Part shown: in pieces, positions 57,426 to 64,000 of the stretch
How positions within the stretch are numbered: the first letter of the stretch is position 1
How the letters are laid out: each line of letters starts with the position of its first letter
From: a virus
Virus record (IMG/VR): IMGVR_UViG_3300021185_003122
Span: 16,260 to 80,259 of that record
Reading direction: 5' to 3' (one strand)
Length of the DNA stretch: 64,000 bases
Position numbers and translations under genes: made by a program
The notes under the pieces: model-generated
Database searches by the model: none
Told to the model about the DNA's origin: nothing
Seen by the model: only the letters and a program-made list of their open reading frames with translations

Positions 57426-58718
57426 TTAATTTAAATTAAACAAGCTTTTTATTCTACTTGTTATTGGTCTTTTAGCATGAACAGGTATATTATATTTTTC
57501 AATAAGTAGTCTACTAAATATTACCCAGTTCTCTATAGTAAATAAGTATTCATTATTATCGGTCATACCTAACAGTTCTTTGTACTGACCTATGGTCTTA
57601 GGTTTAAAAGTAAAATCATTATTAAGTAACTTATAAAGGTTATTCGGAATAGGTGATGTAAATTGATCCCTCCAAAATGGGGTATCGTCTTTTATACTTA
57701 AATAATGATATTTGAGATGGATCATTATCTGATCATTTACTCGTCTGAAATAATCATTGTATTCCTTATGTTTAACATTCTGTAAAGTTCTACTTTTGGT
57801 AAAGTAGAGTAGTTGTTGACATACAGTCATTAATGATGTAGCTTCAAGAGGTTCAAAAAATCCACCACTTAATCCAATAGCAAAAGTATTACCTCTATAT
57901 AAATCTTTATAGTAACCAGATTCAAAATGTATAATTCTACTACTAAATCTATTGAATAATTTTTGACCCATATATTCCTCTAACTCTGCTCTAGCATCAT
58001 CGTCAGATATTCTAGTGTTATCGAATACATACCCACAACCATAACGATGTTGTAAGGGTATCTGCCATAACCATCCATGTTTCATAGCAACAGCATCTGT
58101 GTATGTTTTAGCAAGAGGATTATCAGATTTTCTTTCAATTGAAAAAGGTATTGCACTATTAACAGGAAGGTATTTTTTAGTTGATATCCATTTAGTATTA
58201 TATTCCTTACCAATAAGCAATCTAGCAAAACCAGAGCAATCAAAATAATGTTCAGCGGATATGTTACCGGTTTTTTCTAAATAAACTCTTGTTATATTTT
58301 CACCATTTCTTTCGCACCCAGTATACTTATCTATAATATGAATTATACCTCTTGATTTGGCTATACCTTTGAGAAAAGCAATAATTAAAGCACTATCAAA
58401 ATGATAAGCATAATTTATTCTTCTATTTGTAAAAAATAAGTTTTGAAAAGAATCATTATTACCAGACCAATTAGTAAACCTAACTCCAAATTTTTTAGTT
58501 CCATTAGTTTTACGTAGAAATTCTTCCTCTGTGATACCTAAACTCTTTAGTATACCAACTATTTGAGGAGTAGTACCCTCTCCTGCTCCTACTGATGGTA
58601 TTTTGTCACTTTAACTAAAAGCTATAGTCTGCCCAGGGTTATACTTCTGCATGTATAATGCAGTAAGCCAACCAGCTGTTCCTCCACCAATAATTAAAGC
58701 TGCATAATGATTATTCAT
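57426..58718 (-). pseudogene. tryptophan-halogenase-family flavoprotein with in-frame TAA at codon 36 (pseudogene or sequence error)
   Basis: IIGGGTAGW...SVGAGEGT...DCSGF...GWLWQIP...FEPLEAT in one frame; stop at 58611-58613. Confidence 0.75.
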
Positions 58719-59271
58719 TTATGTATTTACTTTTAAATATTTCTTTAAAATTACTATAACCAGCAGCAGCGTTCTCTTCCCATGCAGATTTACTTCCATC
58801 GTCACTTACCCATTTATATATGGATACCTTTACTCCTTCATTTTTTGCAACCTTAGCTATAGAATATCCCTCCATATCTACTAAATTACATTTTTTAATC
58901 ATATTATTATAATGTAGGCTATAATAATTATTAGTATCATAAAAAGTATCTGTGGTGAATAACTTAATATCTGAGTTGTTAATTCTTATAGGATCATGTT
59001 CCGGTACTACACATCCGTAAAAATCATCATGTACCTCTCCTACTTCTAATACATCTCCTACCTTATGATCTTTTAAATTACCGCAAGAACCAAAATTAAT
59101 TATACAGTCAGGTCTTCCTCCTGCGTTTTCTAATTTATATTGTTCTATTAATTTTTTAGTATTTAAGGCTGCTTCAACCTTTCCAATACCTATAATATGA
59201 ATAGGTATACCGAATAGAGAATCATCATGATGTTCTAAACGAGTTGCTGATATTAATAAGATACGAGACAT
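58711..59271 (-). CDS. MTA/SAH nucleosidase-like protein (PNP_UDP_1)
   Basis: GIGKVEAA, NFGSCG, VDME, VSD. Confidence 0.8.
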   Translation of the reverse strand: MSRILLISATRLEHHDDSLFGIPIHIIGIGKVEAALNTKKLIEQYKLENAGGRPDCIINFGSCGNLKDHKVGDVLEVGEVHDDFYGCVVPEHDPIRINNSDIKLFTTDTFYDTNNYYSLHYNNMIKKCNLVDMEGYSIAKVAKNEGVKVSIYKWVSDDGSKSAWEENAAAGYSNFKEIFKSKYINE

Positions 59272-59744
59272 TTGATATCATGATTTTTTAAGATTCCTAT
59301 ATCTAACAAACATAGAGAATCTATAACTTGATATCCTGCGTTTGTGGCTAGTTGTTCAGATGCTCTCATCGTACCACCGGTCGCGAGTACATCATCAACT
59401 AAAATTACATTACCCCATCCTTTTTCCATCTGTATAACATCTGTGCTATATTCAGTATCATATGATATAGTCTCTAAATTATCAGGAGGTAGCTTGCCTT
59501 GCTTTCTTATTAATTTAAAACCAGAGTTTGTTATCCACGCCAAAGCTGTCGCGAATATAAATCCTCTAGATTCAATACCTACAAAATAATCAATTTTATC
59601 ATATGATACGTCAATTAAGTCAGTCATTGCTTGTATTGCATCTTCAAATGCTTGTGGATCGGCAAGTAACGGTTGAATATCTCTAAATAAAATCCCTTCT
59701 TTTGGGTGGTCGGGTATGTCTTTTATAAACTGTTTAAATAACAT
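59253..59744 (-). CDS. apt: adenine phosphoribosyltransferase
   Basis: GILFRDI, ESRGF, RKQGKLP, VDDVLATGGT. Confidence 0.92.
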   Translation of the reverse strand: MLFKQFIKDIPDHPKEGILFRDIQPLLADPQAFEDAIQAMTDLIDVSYDKIDYFVGIESRGFIFATALAWITNSGFKLIRKQGKLPPDNLETISYDTEYSTDVIQMEKGWGNVILVDDVLATGGTMRASEQLATNAGYQVIDSLCLLDIGILKNHDIKCLVSY

Positions 59745-59878
59745 TAATCTTGTTTACCAACTGCAGTAAAAGCTATTTTAAAAAGCGCGAGTATTCTCTT
59801 CCATAACGGAAGTTTTTCATTCTCGAACTGCTTTTTAGCATCTCTTCTTTTTGCTTGTTTTGTTTTGAATATGTTCAT
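59744..59878 (-). CDS. small basic protein (44 aa)
   Basis: MNIFKTKQAKRRDAKKQF...; TAATG coupling to apt. Confidence 0.55.
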   Translation of the reverse strand: MNIFKTKQAKRRDAKKQFENEKLPLWKRILALFKIAFTAVGKQD

Positions 59879-59916
59879 ATTAATAAATATAAGAAAAATA
59901 ACTAATGAATCCTAAT

Positions 59917-60684
59917 TTATATAATAAGATCCGGATTATCTGCTCCGATTAACTTTAAAATAGGATTATAAGTAGACCAAAACTTTTTTTGCATTTTTGG
60001 GTCAGTCACCCAGTGATTAGGCGTTCGCAATTCTATCATTATCTCCCCTTCATCCGCCATTTTTCTATCTTCAGCAAAGTAATCCAATTGTAAATGATAG
60101 AACGACTCTGCTGTTGGTTGGGTTCCTTTTTGCCAAAACTTAGAATCTTCATATTGAGATCTATTAATAGAATAAAAGTAAATAACGTTTTTAGTAGGTA
60201 GGTTAGGAAGAATATTAGTAATTATATTATTAGCTACTGATATATAATCTTGCATAAAAACATGACTATCGTATAGATGTCTTATATACCTATCATAAGC
60301 ATTTAAAGTATCAAGTACTTTCATTTGAGAATCTATAGAACGTAAATCTTCCCAAGTTACATTTAACTCACGCACGAATTCATTCTCTATCATCCCATAT
60401 GGACTCATATCTAAATGCTTTACGTCTGGTCTACGCACCATATGTTCCATCAAATGCAATTTACCTAAGTAATGACGAGTTGGGTCTGTGATTGCCACTA
60501 CTACGTAATCTTCTTTTTTCATTCTTGGACCACAAGTATGCAATCTATCAAGTAAGTACGAAGTACTACTACCTCCTGCTCCTAACTCTTGTATTTTAGC
60601 CTTACATCTATCTGCTACATATCTAACCCAATTGTCATCATGTTCAATGTAACTATCTCCAAAAAACCAAATATTTCTTCTCAT
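59917..60684 (-). CDS. SGNH-like hypothetical protein
   Basis: FFGDSY...GAGGSS...NH. Confidence 0.6.
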   Translation of the reverse strand: MRRNIWFFGDSYIEHDDNWVRYVADRCKAKIQELGAGGSSTSYLLDRLHTCGPRMKKEDYVVVAITDPTRHYLGKLHLMEHMVRRPDVKHLDMSPYGMIENEFVRELNVTWEDLRSIDSQMKVLDTLNAYDRYIRHLYDSHVFMQDYISVANNIITNILPNLPTKNVIYFYSINRSQYEDSKFWQKGTQPTAESFYHLQLDYFAEDRKMADEGEIMIELRTPNHWVTDPKMQKKFWSTYNPILKLIGADNPDLII

Positions 60685-60696
60685 ATAAATAAATAT

Positions 60697-60724
60697 AAAA
60701 AAAACCCTTCCGGAAAGGGAAGGG
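60697..60724 (-). terminator. intrinsic terminator of the chaperone operon
   Basis: CCCTTCC/GGAAGGG stem plus T-tract on the minus strand. Confidence 0.7.
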
Positions 60725-60770
60725 CTTGTAAAAAATGCGCGTGGCGACTTCGTCGGGGAGGAAAAACGCC

Positions 60771-60944
60771 CTACCCCTTCACAGCATCCATGTTCGCTTT
60801 CTTGTAAGGTGTAATCAATTTCTTGATCTCACCAGCAGCTTTTCTAGCTCTTGCTTGAGAAGCTTTTGTAGTTCCACCGTTTTCGGCTTCTAAAATAGCA
60901 TACTGCTCTGCAATCTGCTCAAATAATTCTTGTTTTGCACTCAT
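60771..60944 (-). CDS. histone H1-like (Hc1-family) small protein (57 aa)
   Basis: MSAKQELFEQI...KASQARARKAAGEIKKLITPYKK; missed by the ORF track. Confidence 0.7.
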   Translation of the reverse strand: MSAKQELFEQIAEQYAILEAENGGTTKASQARARKAAGEIKKLITPYKKANMDAVKG

Positions 60945-60960
60945 AATTAATTAATTAAAT

Positions 60961-62619
60961 TTAACCTAACAACATGTTTGGATCAACTCCATCTGTTGTT
61001 TTCTTTTTATTCTTTCCTGTTGAGACTACTGCTTCAGTAATTAGTAAAGTACCAGCTACTGATGCTGCATTTTCTAAGGCTAGTCTCGTTACCTTAGTAG
61101 GGTCTATAATACCCTCTTTAAACATATCAAAGTAATCTTCTTCTCTTGGATTGTAACCAAACCAAAACTCTCCGTTAACTTTAATATAGCTTTCTATATC
61201 TCCTATCTGATCATTGTTATAACCTGCATTCTCTAATATTTTAAAAAAAGGTCTTTCTACAGCATTTATAACTATATCATACCCTACTGCAACGTCTCCT
61301 TCTGGAGGAGGTGTTTCATCAAGGTCGTTTTGAAGTGTACCGACTAACCATAATGCAGCATTAAGTAAAGCTATTCCTCCTCCGGGAAGTATACCTTCTT
61401 CGATTGCTGCTTTGGTAGCATGAAGAGCATCATCTACTCTATCTTTCTTTTCTTTCATTTCTACTTCAGTATGACCACCTACATGTACTATAGCAACTCC
61501 TCCTACAAATTTAGATAATCTATCTTGAAGTTTTTCTTTTTCATATGGAGAAGTAGATTCTTCTATTTGAGTTTTAATCTCTTCTACTCTCTGTACTATA
61601 GCATCTTGATCACCTTTAGCATCTACAATAGTAGTTATCTCTTTACCGACAGTTACTTTATTTGCTTTACCTAACCAGTTAGTATCAAACTTATCTAATC
61701 TCATACCTTTTTCAGAAGATATAACCTGACCTCCTGTGAGTACTGCGATATCCTCTAAGCTTTGTTTTCTTCTATCACCAAACTCAGGAGCACCTACTGC
61801 AGCACAAGGAAGTATACCTCTCATCTTATTAACTACCATAGTAGATAACGCCTCTCCTGATATATCATCTGCAATGATAAGAAGAGGTTTATTCTGTTGA
61901 GATATAGCTTCTAGTAAAGGAAGTAGCTCTTTTACCTGACTAAGTTTTTTATCAGTAATAAGAATAAAAGGATCACTGAGAACAGCCTGCATTGAATTGT
62001 TGTCAGTAACGAAGTATGGAGACTTATAACCGCGATTGAATTGCATACCCTCAACAGTTTCAAGGTATGTCTCTCCAGTTTTTGATTCTTCGATTGCGAC
62101 AACACCATCAGTCCCAACTTTATCCATGGCAGTAGAAATTAACTCACCAACTTCTTGATCGTTATTGGCTGAAATTGTAGCTATCTGCTTAAGCTGTTCT
62201 TCATCTGTGATCTCTTTTGATTCTACGGCTAGATAGCCTGTTATGTCTTGAACTGCTTGTTCAATACCTTTTTTGATGTCAACTGCATTTGAACCTGCAG
62301 ACATTCTATCAATACCTTCACTTAAAATAGATTGAGCTAATAATGTAGAAGTAGTAGTTCCATCTCCTGCTTGTTCAGCAGTTTTTATAGATGCCTGTTT
62401 AACTATCTGTGCTCCTAAGTTTTCAACTTTATCTTTAAGTTCAATGGACTTAGCTACAGTAACCCCATCTTTAGTTGATACGGGATTACCCATATCTTGT
62501 TCTATAATAACATTACGTCCGGATGGACCTAATGTTGCCGTAACTGCATTTGCTAGTTTATCGACTCCGTCAGCTAGTTTATTTCTAGCTTCTTTTGAAA
62601 ATGTAATTTTTTTACTCAT
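60961..62619 (-). CDS. groEL: chaperonin GroEL
   Basis: [25 protein letters not shown]. Confidence 0.97.
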   Translation of the reverse strand: MSKKITFSKEARNKLADGVDKLANAVTATLGPSGRNVIIEQDMGNPVSTKDGVTVAKSIELKDKVENLGAQIVKQASIKTAEQAGDGTTTSTLLAQSILSEGIDRMSAGSNAVDIKKGIEQAVQDITGYLAVESKEITDEEQLKQIATISANNDQEVGELISTAMDKVGTDGVVAIEESKTGETYLETVEGMQFNRGYKSPYFVTDNNSMQAVLSDPFILITDKKLSQVKELLPLLEAISQQNKPLLIIADDISGEALSTMVVNKMRGILPCAAVGAPEFGDRRKQSLEDIAVLTGGQVISSEKGMRLDKFDTNWLGKANKVTVGKEITTIVDAKGDQDAIVQRVEEIKTQIEESTSPYEKEKLQDRLSKFVGGVAIVHVGGHTEVEMKEKKDRVDDALHATKAAIEEGILPGGGIALLNAALWLVGTLQNDLDETPPPEGDVAVGYDIVINAVERPFFKILENAGYNNDQIGDIESYIKVNGEFWFGYNPREEDYFDMFKEGIIDPTKVTRLALENAASVAGTLLITEAVVSTGKNKKKTTDGVDPNMLLG

Positions 62620-62621
62620 AA

Positions 62622-62948
62622 CTAATCTTCTTCAAATCCTACTGGTGGTTCCTGTTCTACTACTGCAAGTACTTCTCTATCAGAGGCAATATAGTACTCT
62701 TCTCCTTCAAAGTCTATTCTTAACGTACCAATCTTAGGTACTAAAATTATATCCCCTACTTTACAAGAACGTACGTGATTAATAACTCCTGTAGCAGTCC
62801 AAGCTCCTGGTCCTACTGCTAGTACTTGGCCCATCTCAGGCTTTTCTTTTCCCATATCAGGGATAACTATTGAACCATATGTCTGTTCACCTTCATCAAT
62901 AGGTTTTAACAGTATACGATCGTTAGTTGGTTTTAATTGTTTTGCCAT
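62622..62948 (-). CDS. groES: co-chaperonin GroES
   Basis: LKPTNDRIL, AVGPG; promoter at 62966-62997. Confidence 0.95.
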   Translation of the reverse strand: MAKQLKPTNDRILLKPIDEGEQTYGSIVIPDMGKEKPEMGQVLAVGPGAWTATGVINHVRSCKVGDIILVPKIGTLRIDFEGEEYYIASDREVLAVVEQEPPVGFEED

Positions 62949-63014
62949 TTATATAACGTTTATTATTAATATAAGATAATTTATTTGAAAGACAAACTCG
63001 AGAGCATAAAAAAT

Positions 63015-63425
63015 TTAGCTAATTTTCAAAGTTTTTAACTCTGATCCTTTAGCAAAAGGAATTGTAACTGTTAATAGTCCGTCTATAAACTCAGCTTTTG
63101 CTTTACTAAGTTCAAACTTGCTATCAATTTTCCAGCCTAGATTAAAAGATCTTTTAGCTATACCTTTATGGATATAGTCTTTATTATCTTCGTTACTAGA
63201 CTTATCGTAATTAACTCTCAATGTACTATTTTGAGTCTGAATTTGAATATCCTCTTTTGAGATTCCTGTAGCCGCTATGTCGAATACTAAATCTGTATCC
63301 GTCGTATAAATGTCTACTGGGTGAGGAACTTTGGTTTCTGCAAGCGGAGAAAAAGTGCTTGCGTCTTGAAAAAAATTTCTAACTAAAATGTCGAACGGTG
63401 TACGTTCATAAAATAATGTACTCAT
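63015..63425 (-). CDS. Hsp20/alpha-crystallin small heat-shock protein
   Basis: PVDI...YIHKGIAKRSF...DGLLTVTIP. Confidence 0.92.
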   Translation of the reverse strand: MSTLFYERTPFDILVRNFFQDASTFSPLAETKVPHPVDIYTTDTDLVFDIAATGISKEDIQIQTQNSTLRVNYDKSSNEDNKDYIHKGIAKRSFNLGWKIDSKFELSKAKAEFIDGLLTVTIPFAKGSELKTLKIS

Positions 63426-63516
63426 ATCATTAAAATTTATGATGCCCTAGGGTCATCGGTTAATAAAAAAATTAAAATCGCTCTCGAGTCGATCTCTCAT
63501 TTAAAATAAATAGGCT

Positions 63517-63999
63517 CTAATGCCCTTCTCTCCAGTTATCAGCTATCTCTGGAGGTGCTTTTAAAGTAACTCCGGGTAGTTTAGTTGTGTTTTCCATAAT
63601 CTCTTGTACATAAGGTGCAAACGTTTCTGCATCCTTTTCATCAATATTAATAATCAACTGGTCATGTACTTGAGCTTGAACTATAGCATCTATACCTAAT
63701 TCTTTAGCCTTCAAGTTAATCTTTAAAGCTGCTCTATTTACTACAGCAGCAGCTAATGACTGAAGCTGGAAGTTAAGACAGTTATTGAGTCCGTTACGAT
63801 AGTCTCTATAAGCTTGAGTAACTTGATCTCTAGGAGAAATAGTCTTAACTATCTCCCCATCTTTCTTAACATACTTAGGAGGTATCTGAGATTCTAGCTC
63901 TTTACGGAATCTCCAATCCATCATTCTATCACCAACCTTACTATAAAGCTTCTGAACTTTAGGTAAATGACGTACTCTACCGACATGGTTTTCAATCTG
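63517..63999 (-). CDS. polA: family A DNA polymerase, C-terminal part
   Basis: GRVRH, NFQLQSLAA, QVHDQL (motif C); open to the window end. Confidence 0.85.
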   Translation of the reverse strand, partial: QIENHVGRVRHLPKVQKLYSKVGDRMMDWRFRKELESQIPPKYVKKDGEIVKTISPRDQVTQAYRDYRNGLNNCLNFQLQSLAAAVVNRAALKINLKAKELGIDAIVQAQVHDQLIINIDEKDAETFAPYVQEIMENTTKLPGVTLKAPPEIADNWREGH

Positions 64000-64000
64000 A

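Noticed and set aside
58611-58613. Stop-codon reassignment
   Set aside because: Only one instance; TAA, TAG and TGA all terminate genes normally elsewhere in the window
1-64000. tRNA or rRNA genes
   Set aside because: No cloverleaf or rRNA-like segment recognised by eye; tRNAscan-SE would be decisive

Overview
This is a gene-dense, AT-rich segment of a large tailed phage genome, with almost all genes on the minus strand. The host is probably a Bacteroidetes/Flavobacteria species, inferred from about 26 copies of a TTG-N20-TAnnTTTA promoter. Contents, left to right: an HD hydrolase and an array of small early-type genes each with its own promoter (about 0.8-11 kb); a radical SAM enzyme and thyA; an operon encoding an ATP-grasp-like/triple-Hint protein, a peptide, a 2OG-Fe(II) oxygenase and a SET protein; DUF932 and a RadA-like ATPase; a large nucleotide-sugar/glycosyltransferase cluster (about 27-38 kb); a PD-(D/E)XK nuclease and Nmad1; a lysis cassette; a secreted/outer-membrane module with a CsgG-like protein; a second modification cluster; metK, an interrupted halogenase, an MTA/SAH nucleosidase and apt; an Hc1-like protein, groEL, groES, hsp20 and the 3' end of a family A DNA polymerase. 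The main finding is that positions 3340-4418 (1079 nt) contain no G on the plus strand. The two-gene minus-strand transcript there therefore has no cytosine in its UTRs, internal promoter or either ORF, and both proteins lack Ala, Pro, Thr, Gln and His. The C-free zone begins inside the -7 box of its promoter. All calls come from manual motif reading; no database searches were run.
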